Assembly (NCBI GenBank): GCA_035262225.1
Contig: DATFTE010000140.1
Location: 155-64,154, forward strand
Source of the DNA: Terriglobales bacterium
GTDB lineage: Bacteria > Acidobacteriota > Terriglobia > Terriglobales > Acidobacteriaceae
Direction of reading: 5' to 3'
DNA: 64,000 bases
The position numbers were made by a program, and so were the translations under genes. Position 1 is the stretch's first letter. The number at the start of each line of letters is the position of its first letter. Shown in pieces: positions 47,713 through 56,723 of the stretch. Below the pieces are notes generated by a model. The model was not told the origin of the DNA. It saw only the letters and a program-made list of their open reading frames with translations, and ran no database searches.

Positions 47713-48803
47713 GATGAACCTGGCGCAGCGCCGGCCTCAGGCCGGCTGATGTCTCTGGCCGGCTCTGGGCCGGTAGGAGCAGGCGATCCGTATTGCCTTC
47801 CCTTCCAGCCCACCTTTCCGCGCTTGTAGAAGATCACCGAGCGTAGCAACAGGTATGCGAACAGGGGCAGGCCGAGAAGGGCGAGAATATTGGCGAACCG
47901 GGAAAAATGGGCTCTCCGGATGCGGTGGAAAAAGAATCCGTAAACAACAATGGCCACCGCGCCGGCAACCAGCACAACCGCAGTGCGTCCTCCGCTCAGG
48001 GCCTTCAGGGCGAATGCGGCACTGGCCACAATCAGGACGAACTCCAGCAGGCGCAGCATGGCGAGGCGCAGCGGAGAGGCGAAAAGCAGGACGAGATTCT
48101 TGGTCCAGCCTTCGCGAAGCTGGGCGAAGCTGCGGTACATGCGGGTGCGAACGGCGTCGGCGCCGTAGCGGAAGAAGATCTTGCGCCCGGACTGCTTAAC
48201 GTTGCGCGCCAAAGCGACGTCCTCGAGCAAGCTGACGGCGATGGCAGCGTGTCCACCAACAGCCTCGTAAGCTTCGCGCGAGACGAGCAGGTACTGCCCG
48301 TTGGCGGCGGCCGCGGAAGACCTGGGGTTGCTCACTCGCGACGGGCGATAGGTGGCGGCGAGTTCGGCGAAGATGACCGGCATGACAGCCTGTTCGAGGA
48401 TGCCGTGGACTTCCTGCTGGGGTGAATAGGAGAGCAGAGCCGCCTGGTTCTGTTGCGCCTCGGTCAGGCTGCGTGACAGCGATCCGGGAAGGTGCACGGT
48501 GTCGGCATCGGTGAACAGCAGCCACTGGCCGCGCGCCTTCACGGCTCCGGCAGCGACAGCGTTGTTTTTGCCGCTCCATCCCGCGGGCAACGGGGGCGCG
48601 TCGATCACCCGCACCGAAGGGAATGATTCGGCGATACGCCGCGTACCGTCGGTTGAGCCATCATCCACCACGATGATCTCGAAACACACACCAGTCTGAG
48701 TGACGAGCGACTCGAGACAGGCGCCGAGGGAGACCTCCTCATTGCGCGCGGGCACGATCACCGATACCAACGTCCTCGCCCGAACTGGATCTGGCGCCGT
48801 CAT
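47700..48803 (-). CDS. family 2 glycosyltransferase with C-terminal membrane domain (CrtQ/HpnI-like)
   Basis: VSVIVPARNEE, VVDDGSTDGT, FTDADT, PAGWSGKNNA, then 3-4 TMs. Its 3' end overlaps the PTPS gene start by 13 nt. Confidence 0.8.
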   Translation of the reverse strand: MTAPDPVRARTLVSVIVPARNEEVSLGACLESLVTQTGVCFEIIVVDDGSTDGTRRIAESFPSVRVIDAPPLPAGWSGKNNAVAAGAVKARGQWLLFTDADTVHLPGSLSRSLTEAQQNQAALLSYSPQQEVHGILEQAVMPVIFAELAATYRPSRVSNPRSSAAAANGQYLLVSREAYEAVGGHAAIAVSLLEDVALARNVKQSGRKIFFRYGADAVRTRMYRSFAQLREGWTKNLVLLFASPLRLAMLRLLEFVLIVASAAFALKALSGGRTAVVLVAGAVAIVVYGFFFHRIRRAHFSRFANILALLGLPLFAYLLLRSVIFYKRGKVGWKGRQYGSPAPTGPEPARDISRPEAGAAPGSSWST

Positions 48804-48828
48804 AGGCTGAATCAGCTATTATAGCCGT

Positions 48829-49317
48829 GTGCGACGCCGCTCTCTTCTGACTGCTCTCGTAACCCTCACGCTCGCTGGATGTTACAGCGGCACCCGGCCT
48901 GCGCGGATCGGGACAGAAGCTCCCAATTTCACGGTGCAGGATTCTGACCGCAAACTGACGCTGGCCGACCATCGCGGCAAGGTGGTGGTGCTGAATTTCT
49001 GGGCGACCTGGTGCCCCCCGTGTGTGGAAGAGATGCCCTCGCTGGTCGAACTCCAACAGCGCCTGAAAGACAAGGGTGTGATTGTGCTGGCCGTGAGCCT
49101 CGATGCGGATGAGGCCGCCTACCATAAGTTCCTGAAAGACCACGGCGTGAATCTGCTCACGGTGCGCGATCCGGATTTGAAGAGCAGCAATCTGTATGGG
49201 ACGTTCAAATATCCGGAGACCTACATCATTGACCGGAACGGGATTCTGCGGCGGAAGTTCATTGGTGCGGTGAATTGGAATGATCCCGAGGTAGTGAGTT
49301 TTCTCGAGAAGTTGTAG
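48829..49317 (+). CDS. TlpA-family thiol:disulfide oxidoreductase lipoprotein
   Basis: GTG start. Lipobox LTLAGC. FWATWCPPCVEEMP. Confidence 0.85.
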   Translation: MRRRSLLTALVTLTLAGCYSGTRPARIGTEAPNFTVQDSDRKLTLADHRGKVVVLNFWATWCPPCVEEMPSLVELQQRLKDKGVIVLAVSLDADEAAYHKFLKDHGVNLLTVRDPDLKSSNLYGTFKYPETYIIDRNGILRRKFIGAVNWNDPEVVSFLEKL

Positions 49318-49670
49318 GCTGGGTCGCGGTTCTGGCTCCGGACGGGCAAGGACGCGGGTCGCTGCATTCCCCAGCGCGGTTCCCGCCGGCGCCATTCCTT
49401 CTTCCTGATTTGAAAGAGATTACAAGAAGGCCCTTCCTGATGTACCCGCCGTGCGCCTCTGGTTGCGGTTCTCCCGGGGCCAGCGTTTGTTTCGCGCATC
49501 ACTGCCGCGGGGAGTCGAATGGTACCTGACGAAGGGAATCACACATGAAAACGACCCGAATCCTGAGGGTGACAGTGCTGACCGTCGCGAGCGCCGGGGC
49601 GCTGCACTTACTGTGGGCGGAGCAGGCGGGGAACAGGTTGGCCAATGACAATCGAGAGGAGCAGCCCAAA

Positions 49671-49976
49671 ATGACGAGCGAAAAGGTGATCATGCTGATC
49701 GAAGCAAGAATTCAGCCGCAGCGCCGTGCGGATCTTATCGAGGCTGTGCGCCAATACCTGCCGTTGGTCCGGGAGGAGTCGGGCGTGGAAGCGTTTTACG
49801 TCACGGCGCGGAAAGACGATCCCAATACATTCGTTTTCTACGAGATTTACAAGTCTCAAGCGGCACAGGATTTCCATCTGCAGCAGGACTTCACCAAGAA
49901 ATTCCTGGCAACGCTAAAGAGCGCGCAAGCCGGAGACAGAGTGCGGACAAATCTCGTCGAGCTGGCCCCGGAATGA
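49671..49976 (+). CDS. antibiotic-biosynthesis-monooxygenase (ABM) domain protein
   Basis: ORF 49545..49976. ATG 49671 has a strong GAGAGGAG RBS and gives a 101-aa ABM-sized product (VIMLIEARIQP...FVFYEIYKSQAAQDFH). The longer form would add a signal-like N-terminus. Confidence 0.7.
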   Translation: MTSEKVIMLIEARIQPQRRADLIEAVRQYLPLVREESGVEAFYVTARKDDPNTFVFYEIYKSQAAQDFHLQQDFTKKFLATLKSAQAGDRVRTNLVELAPE

Positions 49977-50024
49977 CAGGCGCACCTCCAACAACTACGG
50001 AGATTTTCATCGGCTAGAGGATTT

Positions 50025-50177
50025 GAGTGTAATTACCTTTGTGGGTGTTGAAAAAGGAACCAACGTAGTAATTTCCGCGAAATTCTGCGTGCTCGTCGAA
50101 CGATAAATCAACGACTTACAGAGGCATTTTCTGACGTAATTACACTCGAAAAGAGTTTTTCAACAGCCACACCTTTG
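50025..50177. repeat. composite inverted-repeat element in a convergent intergenic region
   Basis: GAGTGTAATTAC (50025-50036) pairs with GTAATTACACTC (50136-50147), a perfect 12-bp inverted repeat around the 8-bp palindrome GTAATTAC. GTGGGTGTTGAAAAAGG (50041-50057) pairs with TTTTTCAACAGCCACAC (50156-50172), matching 14 of 15. The region is locally AT-rich. Confidence 0.6.
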
Positions 50178-50284
50178 ATCACAACAGTTCGGGCGGACAG
50201 ATAAAAACTCGGATTGAATTGGGGGGGAATTGGTCAGGGCCTGCCCGTGTTGTAGAAGCTCGGTGGGGCAGGCCCAAAAACGTT

Positions 50285-50791
50285 TCACATCAACTGCTCG
50301 ACCACGATGAAGACGTCGTAGGTCCCTGTGGCACCGGCGTGCGCGCCTACATCGTAACTGATCGGCATGCCTGCTTTGCCGTCGATGACAAAGACGGATG
50401 ATCCGCAGGCAGTGCCGCCCGCTGCGTTGCAGGAAGCGCTCGGACTCTTGGTATGGGCGTTTATTTTATAAATCACGTTCTGCTGCGCGCCCGCATCATC
50501 GTCCCAGTAGGCCGTCAGCCACCAGGACCCGGTGCTGCCGGGGACGACCATCGTCATATATGCGGAAATACGGAACACGCCGTCAGCAGTCGGGGTATAG
50601 AGACCGGTTGTCGATATGTTTGCGGTCTGGCTGGTTAAAGCCACCGTTGCCACGATTGTGGGGCCAGCGGTAGTGCTGCGCCCGGCGTTCTGAGCGAAGC
50701 TCGGGAGAGCCATCAACACGAGTGTGAGCAGGAAGGCCTTACACAAGAATCCTCGCACAAATCCTCCTACGGACGTTCGCGTCCGAGGCAT
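50285..50791 (-). CDS. small secreted beta-rich protein, unknown function
   Basis: Signal peptide ...FLLTLVLMALPSFAQ. No recognisable family. Flanked by the 16-bp inverted repeat at 50046-50061 and 50929-50944. Confidence 0.65.
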   Translation of the reverse strand: MPRTRTSVGGFVRGFLCKAFLLTLVLMALPSFAQNAGRSTTAGPTIVATVALTSQTANISTTGLYTPTADGVFRISAYMTMVVPGSTGSWWLTAYWDDDAGAQQNVIYKINAHTKSPSASCNAAGGTACGSSVFVIDGKAGMPISYDVGAHAGATGTYDVFIVVEQLM

Positions 50792-50928
50792 GATCCTATG
50801 CAGGAAGGGAGCGAGGTCAAGAGGGCGGAAAGTCTCTAGACACGAACTGATGATGGATGAGCTGCTTGTGAGTGTGAACGCCTGTGGGTGCTCGACGAAT
50901 TGTGAAAACCCGCCGGAACTAGTGCTCT

Positions 50929-50950
50929 GGTTCCTTTTTCAACAGCACAC
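50929..50950. repeat. third copy of the TTTTTCAACA-type repeat
   Basis: GGTTCCTTTTTCAACAGCACAC. The first 16 nt are the exact reverse complement of 50046-50061. Confidence 0.6.
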
Positions 50951-51052
50951 CCTGGTTTCAACAATTAATGCGTCGGGCCGACTCGACCTCCCGCTGCGTT
51001 GATCAACTCGCATGTTCAGTACCCAACTGCTCCTTCACGCACCTCGGCTGAT

Positions 51053-51568
51053 TTACCGCTTTTCGGTCTGACGCGTGAAGTTGTAGATCATTTCGGTATC
51101 CTTGCCATTCTTCCGCCAGGTCCAATGCTCGACGATTTGATCCGCACCCGTAAACTGCAGGACCAGCTTCTGTTCGTGGCCAATCAAGGGATCGGGAAGG
51201 TTGGTAGCGCCCTGGAACAGGAAGACCAGTTCCTTGACCGCTGCCGAAGATGGCACTGCCCGCATGCGAGGCTGATTATTCGTCGGACAGTAATGAACCA
51301 GCGCGATTCCATCGCGGTCGATCGTATACAGGGTCAACATTTGTTCCATCCCGGACATTGTCAGCGTCTCCATGACGGCGGTATTGCCCGCGACGAGATC
51401 GAACTTGGTTTTAACCTTATTGCCGGCGTCGTCCTTTCCTTCCCAGTTTCCTGCGAGAGCTTGAAGTTTGTGAAAGGTGCTGGTCGTATCGTTCTGCATC
51501 TGAGCCGTGGAGAGCGGAACAAGAATGGCAACGAACGCTAGCACTGCCGAGGCCACACTTCGGGTCAT
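51053..51568 (-). CDS. secreted protein of unknown function (paralog of 36701..37183)
   Basis: Signal peptide MTRSVASAVLAFVAILVPLSTAQ. GNWEGK, LYTIDRDG, HYCPTNNQPRMRA, EHWTW. Confidence 0.7.
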   Translation of the reverse strand: MTRSVASAVLAFVAILVPLSTAQMQNDTTSTFHKLQALAGNWEGKDDAGNKVKTKFDLVAGNTAVMETLTMSGMEQMLTLYTIDRDGIALVHYCPTNNQPRMRAVPSSAAVKELVFLFQGATNLPDPLIGHEQKLVLQFTGADQIVEHWTWRKNGKDTEMIYNFTRQTEKR

Positions 51569-51922
51569 AGAGCCCCCATTCCTTACGAGAGAAGGTCACC
51601 AGTCGCCTGGATGGCCGAGACGCCGAATATCCCCTATTGCCTTGCTTAAAGCCAGACCAGTTACTGCACGGCAGCGACGTTTCGCTGCATTGGGCTACCG
51701 ACCGCGGCTAGTCGGCCTTCGCGCTGCGGGCTTCCTTCGAGCACCGGCTGCGGATCACGGCGAATCCCGGCAGCTTTCCCGGTGCCGGGAATTCCGGTGA
51801 TTCCGCCATGGTCAAAAATGTTGGGGAGAGCGCCTGGGCGGATCAAAAGTGGGCAAACCGGCGCGGCTGAATGCCCAGAATGGTGGTGCGAAAGTAACCT
51901 CGGCTTCCGGCTGTCTTCTACA

Positions 51923-53002
51923 ATGGCGACTGTGAAGACCTGGGACGTGATCATCATCGGCGGCGGCATTATCGGGTTGTCGCTGGCGATCGCGCTGCGC
52001 AAGCGCGGGGCGCAAGTACTGTTGATCGAGCGAGGAGAACCCGGGCGCGAAGCGTCGCATGCGGCTGCCGGAATGCTCGCCGATTGCATACTGGAGACAC
52101 CGGCAGCGCTGCAGCCGCTGGCGACAGCCAGCGCGCGTATGTATCCCGAGTTTGCCCACGAGTTGCAGGACGAGTCGGGGATGAACGTAGACCTGCGCGA
52201 CCAGGGGGCGCTGGTTTTTCCTCCACCCGAGCATGTTCATGAGCGTCCGGGTTTTACAACCAGCAGCCTGCTACCGGCGCCGCTCCAGGAAATGGAACCG
52301 GGGTTGCGGGATCCCGGGCGCGCCGCCATCTATTTGCAGGAGCGCAGCGTGGATCCACGGGCGTTGTCGGCCGCGGCTCTAAAGGCGGCCAGGCACCGCG
52401 AAGTGGATATTTCCTCGGGAACCACGGTCAGAGGGATCATGGTGGACGGCGGCCGTGTAGCTGGGGTCCACACTGACAAGACTACCTACCACTCGCCCGT
52501 AGTAGTGAATTGCGCCGGCGCCTGGGCTGGGCAGGTTGCACCACATCAGTTCCCTACCCGCCCGGTCAAAGGACAGATGCTCGCGGTGGCGGGCGCTCCC
52601 ATCAAGTTGCGGCACGTGATCCGTGCGCCCGAGGTGTACCTGGTTCCGCGCAGCGACGGGCGCATCCTGATTGGCGCGACGATGGAAGAAAAGGGATTCG
52701 ACAAGCGCACCGTGCCCGAGGTGATTCGGCGCCTGCACAGCGCGGCGGTCGCGATGTTTCCCGCACTGCGCGAAGGGCGTGTGCTCGAGGCGTGGGCGGG
52801 ATTGCGCCCGGGCACCCCGGACGCCATGCCCATCCTCGGGCCTGTGGAACCCCCGGGGTATTTTGTGGCTACCGGACATTTCCGCGACGGGATTCTTCTG
52901 GCGCCGATCACTGCGCAGGTCATGGCTCAAGTGGCCATCGGGGTCAGGCCTGATCATGACCTGGCGCCCTTCTCCTGGGCACGCTTCTCGCCGGCCGCAT
53001 AG
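51923..53002 (+). CDS. thiO: glycine oxidase (FAD-dependent), thiazole biosynthesis
   Basis: Start ATG 51923. DVIIIGGGIIGLS, ASHAAAGMLA, GHFRDGILLAP. Confidence 0.75.
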   Translation: MATVKTWDVIIIGGGIIGLSLAIALRKRGAQVLLIERGEPGREASHAAAGMLADCILETPAALQPLATASARMYPEFAHELQDESGMNVDLRDQGALVFPPPEHVHERPGFTTSSLLPAPLQEMEPGLRDPGRAAIYLQERSVDPRALSAAALKAARHREVDISSGTTVRGIMVDGGRVAGVHTDKTTYHSPVVVNCAGAWAGQVAPHQFPTRPVKGQMLAVAGAPIKLRHVIRAPEVYLVPRSDGRILIGATMEEKGFDKRTVPEVIRRLHSAAVAMFPALREGRVLEAWAGLRPGTPDAMPILGPVEPPGYFVATGHFRDGILLAPITAQVMAQVAIGVRPDHDLAPFSWARFSPAA

Positions 53003-53115
53003 GACGTCACCGACTGGCGTAGGCATGATTCCGGCCCCGCAGTATACTGAAGCGTTTCGGTGGTCATTCGCCAGCGCTTCGGCTCCGCGTCACACGCGAG
53101 AAAGGGACACATTTT

Positions 53116-54489
53116 ATGGCTTCCCCTGCTGTCAGTTATGCCCGCGACAACCAGCAACGTTTCCTGAGTGAACTGAAGGACCTGCTTCGCATTCCTAGCA
53201 TCAGCACTCTTGCAGAACATAAGTCCGACGTCCACAAGGCGGCCGAGTTCGTGGCCAGTGAACTAAGCCGGATCGGCATGGAGAATGTCGAACTGGTGCC
53301 GACCAAAGGCCATCCCCTGCTCTATGCCGACTGGCTGCATGCTCCCGGCAAGCCGACCGTCCTGATGTATGCGCACTTCGACGTGCAGCCTCCCGATCCG
53401 CTTGACGAGTGGCAAACTCCGCCCTTTGAGCCCACCGAGCGCAACCGCAACATTTATGCCCGCGGCGCCGTGGACGACAAGGGCCAGTTGTGGATGGAGG
53501 TGAAAGCGCTCGAGTCCTTGATGAAAGCACACGATGGCAAGCTACCGCTCAACGTGAAGATCATCTTCGAAGGCGAAGAGGAAGTGGGCGGAGAATCGAT
53601 CGCCGAGTACGTGCGCAAGCAGAAGCAAAAACTGAAAGCCGACTTCGCCCTGGTCTGCGACACGGAACTCTTTGCACCCGATCTGCCGACGCTGTGCGTG
53701 GGTCTGCGCGGCCTGGTCTATACCGAGATCGAAGCCTTTGGTGCCAAGACCGATCTCCATTCCGGCATGTACGGCGGCGCCGCCCCCAACCCGTTCTTCG
53801 CCCTGATCGAGATCATCAGCAAGCTGAAGGATTCAAAAGGCAAGGTGCTGATCCCGGGCTTCTATTCGAAGGTGAAAGCCCCCACCAAAGACGAACTCAA
53901 GGCGTGGAAGAAGCTTCCCTTCAACGAGGAGCACTATCGCAAGACCGAGGTCGGTTCGAAGGTGCTAACCGGAGAGCCCGGGTACTCCGTGCTTTATCGC
54001 ACCTGGGCACGCCCGACGCTCGAAGTTCACGGCATGCCGGGAGGTTTTACCGCCCCCGGAGCGAAGACCGTAATTCCCGCCAAGGCGGCTGCGAAAGTCT
54101 CTATGCGGCTGGTGCCGAACCAGGATCCCGACGATATCCTCAAGCGCTATACGGCATTCGTGAAGAAGCTGACGCCCAAAGGGATTGAAACCAAGATCAA
54201 GGTGTGGAGCAAGGGACCGGCTTGCGTGGTGGGAACCGACAATCGCTATGTGAAAGCCGCTACCGAAGCGATGCATGACATCTTCAGGAAAGACACCGTT
54301 TTCATTCGTTCGGGCGGTTCGATTCCTATTGTGACCGATTTTCAGGATGTCCTGAAAATTCCCAGTGTGATGATGGGTTTCGGCCTACCCGACGACAATC
54401 TGCACGCACCCAACGAGAAGTTTCACATTCCGAACTTCTACCGCGGGATTGAGTCGATCTGCCTTTTCTTTGAGAAGCTGGGCAAATAG
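53116..54489 (+). CDS. M20-family dipeptidase
   Basis: YAHFDVQP, RGAVDDKGQ, FEGEEEVGG, NEKFHI. Confidence 0.85.
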   Translation: MASPAVSYARDNQQRFLSELKDLLRIPSISTLAEHKSDVHKAAEFVASELSRIGMENVELVPTKGHPLLYADWLHAPGKPTVLMYAHFDVQPPDPLDEWQTPPFEPTERNRNIYARGAVDDKGQLWMEVKALESLMKAHDGKLPLNVKIIFEGEEEVGGESIAEYVRKQKQKLKADFALVCDTELFAPDLPTLCVGLRGLVYTEIEAFGAKTDLHSGMYGGAAPNPFFALIEIISKLKDSKGKVLIPGFYSKVKAPTKDELKAWKKLPFNEEHYRKTEVGSKVLTGEPGYSVLYRTWARPTLEVHGMPGGFTAPGAKTVIPAKAAAKVSMRLVPNQDPDDILKRYTAFVKKLTPKGIETKIKVWSKGPACVVGTDNRYVKAATEAMHDIFRKDTVFIRSGGSIPIVTDFQDVLKIPSVMMGFGLPDDNLHAPNEKFHIPNFYRGIESICLFFEKLGK

Positions 54490-54698
54490 GACCATGCAGG
54501 GATGGCCGCATCGGCTGTCCCTGCCGGGGCTGTGTCGTTTCTTCACTCGTGCCCATGGCATTTGCTGTGGGCTCCGTTTTTGCGCCCCTCCGCCGCCGCA
54601 AGAGGACGGCTGTCCGTGCATGAGAGGGGAGGGGATGCGCAGTTCTCACACACACGCCAGAGCTCCTCCGCTTTACCAGTGGCCGCTACGATGGCAGC

Positions 54699-54914
54699 AT
54701 GAGCCGCTCCCGGAAGTTCACGGTTCTCATCGAGCGCGACGAAGACGGCTACTACGTGGCTACTGTCCCGGCACTGCGCGGATGCCATACTCAAGCCAAG
54801 ACCTTGGATACTCTTATGAAGCGGGTCCGCGAAGTGATTTCCCTCTGCCTTGAGAGCGAGGGTGGCAAGACCGTATCGCTTGAGTTGGTGGGCATACAGC
54901 AAGTCACCGTATGA
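54699..54914 (+). CDS. hicB: type II antitoxin, HicB family
   Basis: FTVLIERDEDGYYVATVPALRGCHTQAKTLDTLMKRVREVI (UPF0150/HicB fold). ATGA overlap with hicA. Confidence 0.8.
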   Translation: MSRSRKFTVLIERDEDGYYVATVPALRGCHTQAKTLDTLMKRVREVISLCLESEGGKTVSLELVGIQQVTV

Positions 54915-55134
54915 CCCGCCTCCCACGACTAAGAGGCAAAGATCTCATACGCGCATTACAAACGTTTGGCTTTGCGGTAGTTAGAACGCGCGGGAGCCAC
55001 GTGTTTCTGCGCCACGAAGACAGCAGGGTTACAACGGTGCCCGTGCAGCGGGGGAAACCATTGCACCGGGTCTGCTGCGATCAATCCTACGCGACGTGGA
55101 ATTGTCAGTAGCCGAACTTGTGGAGCGTTTGTAA
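54911..55134 (+). pseudogene. hicA: HicA mRNA-interferase toxin, frameshifted in a G5 run
   Basis: Frame 0 gives MTRLPRLRGKDLIRALQTFGFAVVRTRGSHVFLRHEDSRVTTVPVQRG, then nonsense up to 55111. After the G run at 55050-55054 another frame reads ETIAPGLLRSILRDVELSVAELVERL with a stop at 55132-55134, which is the conserved HicA C-terminus. Confidence 0.75.
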
Positions 55135-55175
55135 CAGAAAGGCAGTCTGGAGGACAAATGGACGTCCTCGCCGAC

Positions 55176-55703
55176 TCATGCCGCCGGTGCTCCTAACTTT
55201 CGCCGCAAGATCGCTGCGGAGATCAGGGTAATTACCAGTCCCACCGGAAATGGCTCGATGAACGTCACCGCGGCGTTCATCAGCGGGTTGTCGTACATCT
55301 CCTTGTACTTTTTCATTTGCTCGACTTTCGCCTCGATCACGGCTCCGCTCGCGCCGGAAGCCTGAAGCTGTTGCACAGTGTGGGCCGTCCATTTCTCCAT
55401 GAAGCCGGGCAAGAAGTGGAAATAGAGGATTTCCCAGGTCACCACATAGAACACGCTGGAAATCAGGGTAATCAAGATGCCCACGGCAAACGCCTTGGCA
55501 AAGGTGATCTGCCCCTGGCCGAGGTTGTCGCGATAGGAACGGATTCCGAAGTACACCAGCAGGAAGGACAACACGAGGATCGTGTAGCCCAGGAACTCGC
55601 TGTGGTCAAAGCCTATGCGGTCAGCGAACCGCATCGAGGCGATCATCATCACCGACGAGATCGCGCCGGAGATCAACCCGAAGATCAGTACGGTCTTTCT
55701 CAT
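55176..55703 (-). CDS. DUF4199-like membrane protein
   Basis: Start ATG 55703 (MRKTVLIFGLISGAISSVMMI). 4 TMs with a helical insert. Confidence 0.6.
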   Translation of the reverse strand: MRKTVLIFGLISGAISSVMMIASMRFADRIGFDHSEFLGYTILVLSFLLVYFGIRSYRDNLGQGQITFAKAFAVGILITLISSVFYVVTWEILYFHFLPGFMEKWTAHTVQQLQASGASGAVIEAKVEQMKKYKEMYDNPLMNAAVTFIEPFPVGLVITLISAAILRRKLGAPAA

Positions 55704-55762
55704 GTTGCCTCCGCGAGGTTTCAGAGATGGGTAATGCTTCGGCCGGCGCGGGCGGTCACCCG

Positions 55763-56143
55763 CTAACCTGGGGGCGTCTGCTCCCTGGGTTCCCACAGCT
55801 CAATGGGATTCCCCTCGGGGTCGTGGAGGCGGGCAAAACGGCCATAGGGATAGACCTGCGAGTCTATTTCGACAGGAATTCCCCCAGCCCTCAGCTGCGA
55901 CGCCATGGCCTCGAGATTGCTGACACGGAAGTTCAACATCCACATCTTGCCGGGATCCCCAAAGTAGGTTGTGTCCTGGGGAAAGGGAGCGAAAGCCGTC
56001 GGCCCGGCTTGCGTCAGCCAGGGCCGCTCGCCATTGCTGGTGGGAATCAGGGGAATGCCGACGTGGTCGCGGTACCAGCGAGCCAGCGCCTCGGGATCGC
56101 GGGCGCGGAAGAACACGCCTCCAATGCCAGTCACTTTCTCCAT
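55763..56143 (-). CDS. VOC/glyoxalase-family protein
   Basis: 126 aa. GIGGVFFRARDPEALARWY and RFARLHDPEGNPIELW. Confidence 0.8.
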   Translation of the reverse strand: MEKVTGIGGVFFRARDPEALARWYRDHVGIPLIPTSNGERPWLTQAGPTAFAPFPQDTTYFGDPGKMWMLNFRVSNLEAMASQLRAGGIPVEIDSQVYPYGRFARLHDPEGNPIELWEPREQTPPG

Positions 56144-56264
56144 GTCTCACATCTCCCCAAACCTGAATTAAGAACGCAGATTACCGCTCGCACTGAATTT
56201 CTGTCGTCATTCTTTCGGGTGATTTTAGCCTCAGAGGAGAAAAATCAATCTTTTGGTTGAGCGT

Positions 56265-56711
56265 TCACGGGAGCAGGCCGAATTCTTTCCCCAGTTGCAC
56301 CGCCTGCGTCCGCCGCCTGGCCCCGAGCTTGTCGAAAACCCGGCTGGAGTGCGTCTTGACCGTGTTCTCGCTCACGAAGAGCTTTTCGGCAATCTCGCGG
56401 TTGCTGAGGCCTTGCGCGATCAGCTCCAAAATGTCGAGCTCGCGGCGCGTGATGCCCAGGTCCTCCCGTTTCTTCTCGTCCCGGACAAAGGGCTGGGCAA
56501 ACGGGACTGGGACCTCCTGGAGCACGATTTTCTCTTTCGGCCGTGTCAGCTTGAGGCCAAGCCAGATGCCGAGAATGGCAAAGGTCGCAGCAATCAACCC
56601 GCCATAGACTTCAACCGAGTGTTCAACGACCAGAAAGCGGTACTGGGTCCACTGCAGCAAGGTGATGAGGATGCCACCGATGACACCGTAGATGAGGACG
56701 TGGCGCTTCAT
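56265..56711 (-). CDS. membrane-anchored LuxR-family transcriptional regulator
   Basis: Two N-terminal TMs, then LTRRELDILELIAQGLSNREIAEKLFVSENTVKTHSSRVFDKLG. Confidence 0.85.
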   Translation of the reverse strand: MKRHVLIYGVIGGILITLLQWTQYRFLVVEHSVEVYGGLIAATFAILGIWLGLKLTRPKEKIVLQEVPVPFAQPFVRDEKKREDLGITRRELDILELIAQGLSNREIAEKLFVSENTVKTHSSRVFDKLGARRRTQAVQLGKEFGLLP

Positions 56712-56723
56712 GGCCGGCAGGAA

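Noticed and set aside
50041-50177. Integron attC site / gene cassette boundary
   Set aside because: The arms read GTTG...CAAC (5' to 3'), the opposite polarity to attC (RYYYAAC...GTTRRRY). The core does not fit GTTRRRY. No integrase or cassette array is nearby.
51569-51922. TPP riboswitch upstream of thiO
   Set aside because: I searched for the CUGAGA and ACCUGAUCUGGAUAAUGCCAGCG-type core elements and found neither. Only generic GC hairpins are present.
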